From: Takakia lepidozioides
Lineage: Eukaryota > Plantae > Bryophyta
DNA length: 64,000 nucleotides
Reading direction: 5' to 3'
Assembly: GCA_030704615.1 (NCBI GenBank)
Contig: CM060731.1
Span: 82,150,001 to 82,214,000, forward strand
Both the position numbers and the translations under genes were made by a program. The notes under the pieces were generated by a model. That model saw nothing but the letters and a program-made list of their open reading frames with translations, searched no databases and was not told the origin of the DNA. Below are positions 36,496 through 48,268 of this stretch, one piece after another. Within the stretch, counting starts at the first letter, position 1; every line of letters starts with the position of its first letter.

Positions 36496-36600
36496 TCATA
36501 CTTAGGATGATAAAAGGGAACAGTACAATGCATTGGAAAAATCGACACCAGGAAAGTGAACAAGAACGTCCACTGGACAGTCGAGGTTCAGCAAACTCAG

Positions 36601-37343
36601 TTAAAATATTTTATGTCCCAATGCAGCGGCACGCAACTCGAGATTGCTAAGAAACTTCTGCCACCTATAATCAAAGTCTCTAAGAAATTTGACCGCTGGG
36701 ACGTCCTCGAAGAAATCCTTCGAAACGCCGAAAGGATGTAGGTCGTTGAACGGCATGACATCCATCCCCGATAACCGGAACATGTTAAGGTGAGGTTTGA
36801 GCTCTTCCAGTAGAAATTTATCCCTGTCAGGATCCACGCGCGCCTTATATTTTGGAAGGAAGATGGTATGTCCTAACGGGTTCAAGTAGGACTTGTACAT
36901 ATTGTCTATAGTGTCGATGAGGAGAGTATTGGATTTGTAAGCCGTCGGGTTTTCCTCAGCGAAAATGTCGTAAAGACGTTTAAAGTAGATGGGATTTTGG
37001 GAAGCTTTGGGCCATTTTTCGTTGAATGTCGATATATGTATGACGGAATTCTCACTGCTATAAGTTCTGACCTGGGAATAGTACTTCCCGAACACGGCCT
37101 TGGCGATAGTCTCGACGTTCATTGCAGGTCCAGTGTTCCAAAAACAAACGGAAAACTTTTTGACGGCCCACTTAACGAATTCGTCAAGACCGTTTCGCGT
37201 GGCTAATTTGAATTTCCCTGCGGAGATACAAGGCTGGGTGGCAGGAGGTGTTTTCTTTCCATCCTTTAGGAAAACCTCACAAAGGTAACCGATGTCCAGA
37301 ACCAGGACGTAGTATCCTGGCCGGCATCCGTTCGGTCCCCAAG
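36601..37343 (-). pseudogene. FCP1/NIF-like HAD-fold protein 3, split by the CACTA insertion (N-terminus at 41735-41795)
   Basis: VLVLDIGYL, RNGLDEF, VCFWN, NTLLID, KSYLNP. Removing 37344-41731 and one AAG restores MHYPPV...HSLP-WGPNGCRPGYYVLVLD in frame. Confidence 0.8.
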
Positions 37344-38174
37344 CACTACAACAGATTGCGGCTTTTACGACTCCCATGGGTGCGCAGTCATGACAGATTT
37401 GTGGCAGAAATGCCATTTGCAGTCGTAAAATGCTTTTGAAGTCATAATGCAGGTCTGGGGAAGGCGTATATGCGACTGCATGGCTCCGGACTCTGCAGAA
37501 CACAGGTCAAACATGTTTGACCACGAATATTGGCATGGCAGATATGACTACCAGTCACGGTCATGGCTACACTAGAATGACGTGTGTATATTGCTAGAAA
37601 GACATATGACTTCATGACTCTCACTCTAATGCATTCTGCCAGATCATCACATGGATGAATCACTACATGACTGCACATGGCAACACATGCTTTTCTGGTT
37701 ATATATATAATATATGAGTATTTATATTTTGAAAAAACGGAGACTCTGACCACTAGAATCAATTTAAAAAAAAAAACAAAATGCAATTTAAAAAAAAAAA
37801 AAACACATCGGTTGGTAAGTGCACAGTGTGTCGCCCTGGTGGTTTGGGGTTCAAACCCGCTGCCTTATCCTGTGTGTGGGATTGTTCGTGACAGTATGTC
37901 TGGGCGTTGATCGTCCTGTATGTCTTATGGCCCATAAATGAAGGCGGGTGAATTTCCCCCCCTCCTCAAGGACCTGTGGTTTCCTTTAAGAAAAGAAAAA
38001 AAAGAAAAAAAATCAAAGAGGGGCTTTTAGGGTTTACAAAAAGGTTAAAAAACTTAAAAAGTTGCCCATCACGGTAGCGTGAACAGACTTAGAGTGAGCG
38101 GGAGGGAGAGAGAGAGAGGGTTGGGACTTAGAGCGAGCGAGCGGGAGAGAGGGCAAACATGCATGGGAGGCCCG

Positions 38175-38250
38175 CAGTTGGATCAACCTTCGCATTTGGA
38201 GCAAGCAACCCTAGAAACGCTACGGTATGTGTGCGAGGAGGTTTCGGCTG
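38175..38250 (+). pseudogene. Captured importin-beta-like fragment
   Basis: HLEQATLETLRYVCEEVS resembles a conserved importin beta-1 HEAT segment. Confidence 0.5.
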
Positions 38251-39049
38251 GGAGCCCGCCGTTCTTGGGAGAGTCAGCTTCGTCTTAGCAGGCCGTGTTT
38301 CAATCTCTACCCGCTCGGCCCTGATTTTACAGCACGGAGCAGAGCTGGCATGAGTTTCTAAAAGATCCTTCACGATGGTGGGACAACCGCAATTGCAAGG
38401 TGTGGCTTTTTCTTAATGTACGATGTGAAGAAGTTTGTCCATCCTGCAAATGTGGGCTGTTGGCTCCTGTTAGTACCATGATTTGGTATTCTTCCTGATG
38501 TTCCAAGGTTCTTGGGAGAGTCAGCTTGGTCTTAGCAGGCACACACAAGAGGTCCTTTTGGGTTGATGGTCGGTCAAATCCTCTATGGGTTCTTCTTCGA
38601 CCTATTTCAGCCTGTTTTGCCCTCTCATCAGACTCGGCCTTGAGATGCATATTGAATTATGTAAGTTAGCTCGTTGCTCATTGATAAGTAGGGTTGGGGG
38701 TGTTTGCTGGAATGATTGTTGTATGCATGATTTTGTGCAGAGGCATAGATAGCTGAAGGAGCAGGGATAGAGTGTGGAAGAGGGCCAGATTTCAAGCTCC
38801 AGATTATCTATGATTCCCTGTGGAAGGATAGATACAAGAAACCTGCATGGGTAGATGGTCAATTGGAAGCCGCAGCAGCAGCAGCACAATTGATACAATC
38901 AAGCACTGCTAATGAAGGCACCTTCTGAAACACATTTCACCCTATTTTCCCCTCTTATCAGAATCGGCCCTAAATTTTCATGTTCAATTCTGCAAGTTAG
39001 CTGGTTGAGTGAATCTAGTTGGAGTGACTTTGACATGATACTGCCAATG

Positions 39050-40110
39050 TGACAAGAGTATGCATTGAACCCATTGGTAGCGGGATATTGGGATATCTCT
39101 TGGCCATGTGCCAAGCTGAAACTGTACTAGTTGTCATTCTGACCACTGTCCTAGTGGACATGTATGCCAAATGTGGGTGCAGCAAGCCTGATGCAAAGGG
39201 AGAGTTCGACAACATGGCTAAATGAGATGTGGTGTTGTGGACTGCCATGATTGTAAGGTGTGTGTAGCATAGGTGTGGGAGTAAGGCTTTGGAAACCTAA
39301 GAACAAATGATGTGGGAAAGGATGAAGCCAAACCAGGTCATGTTCATTTGTGTTTGTTAATATGCATATGTGAGCCTAGCAGCCCTGGGAAGGGGCCAAG
39401 AGGTTCATGGTGACATCATCAAAGCTGGAATTGTACCTGATGTCATTCTGAACATTCCCCTGGTGTACATGTATGTCAAATGCGAGCCTGGTAGCCCTGG
39501 AAAGGACGCAAAGGTCCATTATCAAATCTGGAATTGTACCACTAGATGTCACTCTAAACACTGCCTTGGTGGATATGTATGTCAAATGCACGTCTGGCAG
39601 CCCTGAAAAAGGGTACAGAGGTCCACGGTGATATTGTCAAAGCTGGTATTGTATTTGATGTGATTCTGAACGTTGCCGTAGTGGACATGTATGCCAAGGT
39701 TGCAGGGTGCAACTACAAGGATACATGGTTGTTTTGATAATATGGCTGAATGAGATGTGGTACCAGCCTAGCCCATAATTGCACTTACCTAGAGTAGGCA
39801 ATGTGTGAAGATGGGGTTTGTGATGTTGATCGTCCAAGCTGGAATTAAACAAATGTTGTTCTGAACTATGCCCTTGTGGACTTGTATGCCAAATTGGGGT
39901 GCATGGAGGATGATGATCCCAGGATATGCACAACAGCGGCACGGGATGGAGGCCCTTTGGAGAGGTCTATGAGCAAGTGGTGTGGGAAGGGATACTGCAG
40001 CGCGACCACATCGCGTTTGTTACATTTGCAACATGTGTGCAAGCCTGGCAGCCCTGCAAAATAGCAAAGAGGTTCGTGGTGGAATTGTACTAGATGTCGA
40101 TCTGAACTTT
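39050..40110 (+). pseudogene. Captured, decayed PLS-class PPR fragments
   Basis: Repeated LVDMYAKCG, DVVLWTAMI and EVHGDIIKAGI..DV motifs with stops. Confidence 0.8.
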
Positions 40111-41150
40111 GACATGATGCCAATGTGACAACAGGAAAGTATCCAGAAACAGGTCACAGAGACGAGGAGAAGTTGTGGAATGGTGGGACAACCGAGGGAA
40201 AAAGGTTAATGCCTGTTAGATTATAGAGGGCAGACGCAATTCAGCATAGGAACTAGTGTGATAAGCTGAGTTGGGTGTTTCCTAGAAAAAATGTAGGCTG
40301 TCATTATCAGCTGCAAGGCAAGGAAGTATGCATGATTTGTGCAGAAGCAGTGATAGCTGAAAGAGCAGGGATAGAGTATGGGTCCAGATTCATCCAAGAG
40401 GGCCAGATTTCAAGCACATGATTACCAATGATTACCTGTGGATTTAGCTATAAGAAACCTGCATGGGTAGATGGTGAACTGGAAGCCGCAGGAGTAGCGG
40501 CACAATTGATAAAATCAAGCACTGCTAATAAAGGCACCTTCTTCAACACATTTCACCCTGTTTTTCCCTCTTATCAGAACCGGCCCTAAATTTCAATGTC
40601 TGCAAGTTAGCTGGTTGAGTGAATCTAGTTTGGAGTGACTTTGACATGATATTGCCAATGTGACAACAGGAAAGTATCGAAAAACAGTTAACGGAGATGA
40701 GGGGAAGCTGTGGAATGAATACTTTTCTGACCCCAGTCAATGGTGGGACAACCGAGGCAAAAAGGTAAATGCCTGTTGGATTACAGAGAGTAACAGATGC
40801 AATTGAGAATAGGAACTAGTGTGGTAAGTTGAGTTGGGTGTTTGCTGGAACAAATGTAGGCTGTCATTGTCAGCTGCTAACAGCAATGCAAGGATATATG
40901 CATGATCTATGCAGAGGCATGGATAGCTGAAGGAGCAGGGATAGAGTGTGGGTCCAGATCATCCAAGAAAGCCGGATTTCAAGCTCCAGATTACCTATGA
41001 TTCCCTGTGGAAGGATAGCTACAAGAAACCTGCATGGGTAGATGGTCATGGGTAGATGGTAGATAGTTTGGAGTAGCTTTGATGTGATACTGCCAAAGTG
41101 ACAATAAAAAAGTATCCATAAACATGTAACAGTAGCAGATGCAATTCAGC
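40100..41150. repeat. Imperfect ~0.5-kb duplications inside the Pack-CACTA (also 38690-39060)
   Basis: aagaaacctgcatgggtagatggt and gatagctgaa..gagcagggatagagt occur three times. Confidence 0.8.
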
Positions 41151-42781
41151 ACAGGCACTAAGACAAACTCTCCTTCCCCGTAAGGGTGTGTTTTGGTATC
41201 TGAGCGAATAAATATTTTATCTAAGAATATAATTTCAAAAATTCGTTATTTAATAATGTGCCACTGTCCCATGTTGGTCAGTAATAATAATAATAATAAC
41301 AAATAATTATAATTATTATTTTAGTAATTATAATAACAATAAAGTAAATCTATAACCCCCAACAGCGACGCGTGTCAATTGACATGAGGAACCACATGTC
41401 AAAATCACGATGCGACACATGCTGACGTCTGATTCCCTCCTCTGCAGTCGGATGACGTCGCAGTCTGACACGTGGCGTGTTCTGTAGAGAGCACGTGTCT
41501 CTATTACACAACGGCTGACATAGACCCGTTCAGTCATTCAGTAATGCCAGCGTGTATGACTACCCCCACAGCTGCTCTGGCGCCACGTGACAGCCAGCCT
41601 GGAGAGTCATATCTGCCATGTCACAACTGACTAGGTCTTTACGTCTGCAGAGTCAGGAAGTCGTAAATGGCTTCCATGACTGCATTTGCAGTCATAACAT
41701 AGAGACGTAAAAGCCGCAATTTGTTGTAGTGAAGGAAGGGAATGCAGATCGTTTGGATTGACAGAAAGGGAATAGTCGACTGGAGGGTAATGCATGTTGT
41801 TCTGTGGAATAACAGAAGAGTTCATTATTAATTTCAATTTGAGTAAAATCCCAAAGTAGACAAACGGAAGAATGGAGTTGAAATCATTACCATTTTTGGA
41901 GTGGGCCGCTGAGATCCCTGGGCAAGCTGCTCCTCCTCTTTCCCATCTCTACGTCCAACGTTATCGTCCTTCTCTGTGGAGCCAGATGGCAACCTCGACT
42001 GTCCAGTGGAGGTAACTTGTATGACCGGCTCAGTTAGAGCGACAGTAATTGTTCGATCCACTCTTCTCTTCACCATCTCAGTTTCGATAGAGTCGGTCCT
42101 CGTGTGTTTGATCTCCTCAGACGTCGTCTCACGAATCTACAGGAAATTAATGAAAAATCCCATGGATGACGACTATGGTGGTCCAAAATGATTTGACAAA
42201 ATTACCGAATTGAGCAATACCAAAGATTAGACTGAAAGACCAATAATAAGAGTAATAAGAAAAAAACCAATGTTTTACCCGAATCGGGATCTGTTGTTGG
42301 ATTACGCGATTGTGGTGCTCTGTCTCTTCTCCTTCCCCGCGAGTAGGAGGATTCTCCGACTCAATCCCTGCGTCCCTTGATGGCAACGTCGACTGGACAG
42401 TGGAGGTTACTTGCGGAACCGGCTCATGTGACCTGGCCCTCACTGTCAGATCCACGTGTCTCTTCACCGTTTGAGTCTCTTTTGATCCTTTTCTTGTGTG
42501 TGTCATTTCCTCCGAATTGGATTCTTGGATCTACAAGAAAAGTTATCCAAATCGGTTAGTGGCTGTCCACAAAGGTGTGCGAACGGAAATACGTATCCGG
42601 GTGGAAATATGTTTTATTTGGAAGTCCAGAAAGACGGATATGGGAAAAACATTGGGATTATATATAATTACAATATTGTAATATGGAAATAACATTCGGA
42701 TTATTCCACTCACAAGTATGTATAATTACAATATTGTCATATTGTATTCAGAAGTGTGTACGAATAAACTTTCACTAATTG

Positions 42782-45700
42782 TCATTCGTTACCTACATCC
42801 AGAACCAGATCCTGGGTGACATTCTGGGACACCAGCTCACGACGATTGTTAACGGGATCCGGTGACATAATCAATGGCTCGTCACCTTCCACAGGTGTGA
42901 ACCCTTGACCGAGGGTTTCAACTAACTCCCTCCATGTCGCTTCTTGTCTACCTAGAGAAGCCGGATTCTTATTCGTGGTGTTATCGGAACTGGAGGAAGA
43001 GCCGTCCAGATTGTGTACATCTTGTGGCGCAACGCGTTCTTGGGTATTTGGAATACTACCTAGATTATCCAACCGTGAAATTTCTTGGCCATCTCTTTCC
43101 CTTTCCAACATTAGCCGCATCTGCCCCTGGACTCCCTTGACGATTTCCATGTTCTCATCTTCGTCTTTCTCCTCCTCGTCGTTCTCTTTTTGTTTCTCCT
43201 CCATTTCCTCGTCCTGATCCTTGTCGTGTCCTTCATCATCATCTTCTTTGCTCACTTCGTCATCCTGCAGTGAGTCTCCGTCATCTCCGTCTCCTGCGAT
43301 AGTCTAATTGTCAATCTGGAGGGTCCTGAAATAGGCCTCCACCTTGCTTCTACAAATTTCTTTTTTGTTACAAAGTTTATGTCGAGCACACGAATATTTC
43401 TTTCCTGCAATGAAACCAAACAATGATATCAAAATAAATCCGACGAACACCAACCATCGATAGATTGAAAGGGTTAAGCTTTCTTTTGAGACAACTACCA
43501 AACACCCAAAACACCCACAACTCCAATAACATTATCCTCCACTGCCCAGTGGAGGTTAACAAAATGGAACAATCAGACACAGGTTAAACACGTTTTTCCG
43601 ACAACGTCAATAATACGAGAGTTAAATCCGGAAAACTGAAAACACAGACAATTCCAAGATGCAGAATCCGCTTACAAGAAGAACGTATGTCATTGCCAGT
43701 CCTCCGAAAATGTTCACACAAGACATCCCGTCCCTGCAAAAAAAAAAAAGACCAGGTAATCGTAGGTGTCCGGCCTCAGCTCATGATTGTAAGTCCTGCA
43801 CTCCATCTCTTGCGAGGTCGAGTCTACATTTGGTCCTTGGATAACGGGATTAATTGGGTCCAGCGATAACAAAACAGTTTGAATGTGGTTGTCTGGATTC
43901 ACCATCTCCTCAGCTGTTGCCGGAAATACGTAGTCAAGGCAGAGGATCGTTCGGGAGAATATAGTCGTGCAGCTCTTGTAAGGTGATTCAAACTCGCCGG
44001 GAATGTAATAACCCTGTCGGATAATAAACGATTTTGATCCAGGGCCATTCCGGATGTATGACACAAGATTTCCCGATGATTCTTGTGTGGAGAAAAACAC
44101 AAAAGCATTGGACATGAGTTGCCGAGCCACAAAAGCATCCAAGATATTTGAGTAGTCCTTTGTCTCAAAGACAACAGAGTCATCATCACAAACTGTATTG
44201 ACGAACACCATGGATATGTCGTCGAACCGATTCTTTGGTGCAAGTCCCAACTGTGATCTGGCATCAAAAAAATTCTGGTTTCCCCCCAGCTGTGTGTAAT
44301 GGGACCTGAAGCTCGTGCGTAGAATCGCCAGGGCATTCTGGTTATCCTCGAAGGTCTGCTTGCACGACAAGACATACTTCTTGAAGGCAGCAGTCATTGG
44401 CTGCGTCTCCATATTCATCTTCTGTTTGCTAACAATGTAGTCGTTCCCGAGCCTATCTCGAAATGTTTCAAACTCAGCTTTGTTGAAGTTGTATTTTTTT
44501 TTAACATCACGCCACTCCTGTTTGGTATACGGTTCCGGGTTTTGTTTGCTCCTCCGAGGCCACCCTAAGACTTCCATTACATCGTCGATAATAAACCGTC
44601 GCAATTTCATTTGGTCAATATACGCGCTCATTGTGTTTTTGGATTTGTCCGCGCCCTTGAATTTCGTTCCCCGAATGCAAATGTCTTTGTTTAGGATTTT
44701 CTCCGCCACTCTTTTCAACTGCCTGCTATTAAGTCCTTGCAGTTTCGCGATAGCGGTTTTATTCAGCGGTAGCTGTTCACCCTTGCACTGAATCCCGAAA
44801 ATATCAATATGCTTCCCTTGTTCCCACTGTTTGAAAATCTCCTGCCACAGGTTCAATACGTCTTCGTCACAGAGAACCAGAACCATGGCCTCCTTCACGC
44901 TACTCATCTCTAGTATGAGTTGACATGCTTGCATAAATTCCTACGAAAAATATCAGGGCCAAAGTTAGAAATTTCATTCAATATTTGATATTAATCTTGA
45001 GATGAAACAATAGTCACAACTATCTTGTCAATTATACTATACACGGAGTGATGATTCGATTGTGAATTCATCTCCGTCCATCTTGTTGTGCCTTGTAATT
45101 TGAAGCTCTTTCTGTAGTGTCTCCTGCTTCGGAATGCGGTGCTCCTCCAAGTCAAATTTGTCCAATCTGTTCATGTTCTCCACCAGGAACAGTTCCAAGA
45201 GTGTACCTAGAAAATCCTTGAAAAACCCAATGAGCATGAAAAGTTTTGGAAGCGTTCTCCGCAACATCACGTTTTCATGATCATATGATGTTTCAAGTAT
45301 TTTTGCGGCACATTTGCGGAACTGTTACAGTTGGAGAACATAAATAGATTGGGAAAATAAGAACTGGACAAGCACCTCATTACCAAACAAGACATATTAC
45401 AAAAGACCCCATCATGTTGAATTTTCGAATGCTGAACCATCCCGCTCGTTCATTGTAGCACCCTCCCCTACGAAGCGGTTTTTGTACTGTCTCCTGCTTC
45501 GTAATGCGGTCTCCGTTCGTCACATTAAATCCAAGCTTGAGAATATTTTGGTTCTCTAGCAAAAGGAACGGAAAACACAATGAATCATTTACCTTCCATT
45601 GTCTAGTCTCCGACTTCGTTGTGTGATTGTTATACTTTTTCAGCCTCCCCCTCAGCTCGAAGAAATTTCGGGCATGTGCAACTTTCTCGGGAAATGTTGT

Positions 45701-46400
45701 GTCAAATCTCTGCGCCTTATTCGGGTCGTTTAGGAGCTTAGATAGCTTCACGAGCCTCATAAGATCCTTTGACCATATAATCTTTGAGGGCTAGTCAGTG
45801 TAGTACTTCTTAAGATTGTCGTCGTCTACGTCTTGCACAAGTTCCTGCGACAGAATTGAATAAGGTCAGAAATGATATCGACCTAACAAGCATGTTGTTT
45901 AAAGTTCATGAACCTCCACTGTCCAGTGGAGGTTCATGTTGTTGCAAAAATTGGATTTTGTCGGGAAATTTACCTTGGCAGCAATGATCGTGTGTTGTCC
46001 ACCGATGACGAAGAATCTGGAATTTTCCACCTCCTTCCAGTTTCGAGGTTTCGAACTAGAAACCTCCATAGGCTTCTCGGGGTTTGCGGGAATCAAATAA
46101 ACTGGATGTTTGGAGTCGAACATCCGGAGCTGGTAAAGACGCGCTTTGACTTCGTCTTTGTGCTTCACATTTAGGGGCCTGTACACCATATCCCTGGGAG
46201 CAAGCTCCATCATGGAAACTTTGACGTGCTGGGTCGCCTCAAACCCAAAAGGAAACATGTCCTTGTAGTCTTGCTCCAGCCTCTCCAGCATCTTCTCACA
46301 CTTGTCTATGTCGAATATGTCTGCAGCCTTGGGTTTCTTGGTATCTGTCATGAACGCAGGATCCATCTCCTCCTTTTGTTTCTTCTTTCCCCCTGATGTA
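42782..46400 (-). pseudogene. Multi-exon gene: ParB/Srx-like N-terminal domain, degenerate beta-class amino-methyltransferase-like region, acidic tail
   Basis: YRPLN..VYLIP..FFVIGGQHTIIAA (ParB-like); GT-AG introns (donor near 45973). C-terminal ELRP..LVFFFCRDGMSCVNIFGG appears after a frameshift in a T-run. One in-frame TAG near 45791. Confidence 0.5.
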
Positions 46401-47271
46401 CCGGCTTCATTGTCATCACCACCGGCGTCAATGGATTTCCGTTTTCCCTTCTTTGGCTTCGCTCTTGCAGCCTCCTCCTCCCGCCCTTTGCAATCTCCTT
46501 ACCCTTTAAGTAAAGCACATCCAAGAAAATACCCCAAGCCATGCAAAAACCTTCATCTGTAAATTGAGTACCCTCGTCGCAATATGTGAACCCCGCCCGA
46601 ATGGACTCTCTCATCATGGCCGTCCTTAGAATTCGTACCTCCAGTTTGAAGCCAAATGATCTGGGAAATCTACCATCTTCCATCATGAACATTACCAACA
46701 TCAGAAATTCCACATCCATCTCCAGCTCTACGTGACCACATCTGCATATTTGAGCTCGGCGACCTTTGCACCAATCTTGTATTGGAACCAGAACTTATGG
46801 TCCGGAGGTGTGCCAACGCCATTCTGTGATCTCCGGGTTCAGCTCAAAAATTGCCAGGTGATCATTCTTGAAATTCGGAGTTTTTCGTGAAACAAATGAA
46901 CCACAGATAGGTTTGCACATTCCAACAATACAATCCCTCGGGGTAATGTTGCTGTCCACAGAACAAACCACCTCGGTCCTCAGACACATATCATGACAAC
47001 CATACAAGATTCCCAGGACAGTAACCTCCACTGTCCAGTGGAGGTTCAACAATTCATACGCTCATAGCTGACAGATAAAAGAGTTCAATTCAGGAGGAAA
47101 AAACGATTTCACTTATAAGAAGAATAATACATTTATTCAGAGAAGGCTCGTCTCGCCATTCCATACATCATGCGGTCTCAAAATTGAAAAATGAATATAT
47201 AATTTCTACAAGAAATCGATATTCTTTTGTAAGATGAGTTTCATCTTTTCATTTTCTTGTATCTACAATAT

Positions 47272-47580
47272 CTACAGGAGGCTCTCTCGAATCATCCTCA
47301 AGGTTTCAGGGGAGTACTCTCTAGGTGTATATGTCGGAGAATCTCCAGAGATGTATTCTGGAGAATCTCCAGGGACGTACTGAGGAGAATCTGGAGGGAC
47401 ATATTCTGGAGAATTTACAAGGACTGCATACTGAGGAGAGTGAGGATTGTATCCTGGAGAGGACGGAAGGACGGATCCCGGGTATTGTTCACTATCTCCT
47501 ATAGAAATGTCATTATCTGAATCAGACTGAAGATTACAGTCATCACTTTCATCTTTCTCTTCCTCTGTTTCCTCCGTTAC
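47272..47580 (-). CDS. Acidic peptide/exon with SPxY repeats resembling the RNA Pol II CTD
   Basis: SPGYNPHSPQY..NSPEYVPPDSPQYVPGDSPEYISGDSPTYTPREYSP; 24-bp tandem units. Confidence 0.45.
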   Translation of the reverse strand, partial: VTEETEEEKDESDDCNLQSDSDNDISIGDSEQYPGSVLPSSPGYNPHSPQYAVLVNSPEYVPPDSPQYVPGDSPEYISGDSPTYTPREYSPETLRMIRESLL

Positions 47581-47741
47581 ACACGGTAGAAAATAATAGC
47601 GACAGCGCATTGTCATCGACTAGGAAACTTTGGATAGGCAGGAACGGAAATGTTTATTGAATTGATTCATCTCTGAATAGAGTCTTCACTCATACTGCTT
47701 ATTACTGTCAGTAAGGTCGACACGGAGGGGTTTCCAGTTTC

Positions 47742-48268
47742 TTGAACCTCGCGTGTGCAGTGGAGGTTCCGGTGATCATGATTTTAGAGACGGGTCAAAG
47801 AGTGTTTCTTACTCTTCCCGGGTCCTCATCTCCAGTAGCCACTGGGGATTGCCTTAATGTCTCCGGGGTTGGGACCTGTCATGGACAACAATTATCTTCC
47901 TCAACCATTTCAGTAGTTCTCATCTCCTGTGATGAAGCACACTCATTATGTCCTCTTCCTTATGGACATATGGATGCTGACACCTTGAAGGAGGCCATTG
48001 GGACCCCGGTGATGTGGAATGTTGGCAAAGTTCTTGCAGAGAATAACGAGTATCAAGGAAGGCCTGACATGAATCCTGATTTTATGTCGGAGACAAGAGA
48101 TACTGCCGAGAATTCTGACGACGACGAGGATGAATCAAACCACAGACCATCGAAGAGTTCCGGAAATCCGAGCGGAGGACTCGGAAGAATCAACTGGAGA
48201 AACTTGTAGTGCGTACTGTTGGGTGATGATGGGGGTGCACTATTCGAGGGGAGGATTCAAGCCTGCAT
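47742..48268 (+). pseudogene. Putative transposase-associated N-terminal region, interrupted by the Gypsy at 48269
   Basis: The frame FEGRIQAC|IPDEVILNDKLGEDDVGV joins across TSD TGCAT to 61241. Confidence 0.5.

Larger units (their letters stand above)
37344..41731. mobile_element. Non-autonomous Pack-CACTA element, 3-bp TSD AAG
   Basis: CACTACAACAGATTGCGGCTTTTACG at 37344 and CGTAAAAGCCGCAATTTGTTGTAGTG ending at 41731; AAG on both sides; subterminal inverted repeats. Confidence 0.92.
32582..48268. mobile_element. Right arm of a large cargo-carrying TIR DNA transposon (continues 61236-~61800; left arm 8458-~11255)
   Basis: TIR copy at 32582-32611; a 24-bp palindrome shared by both arms; transposase-like N-terminus at 47742-48268 plus 61236-61800. 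Confidence 0.6.

Noticed and set aside
35528-47768. CRISPR array from the repeated palindrome
   Set aside because: Copies are 0.4-5 kb apart with no regular spacers, there are no cas genes, and the context is eukaryotic.
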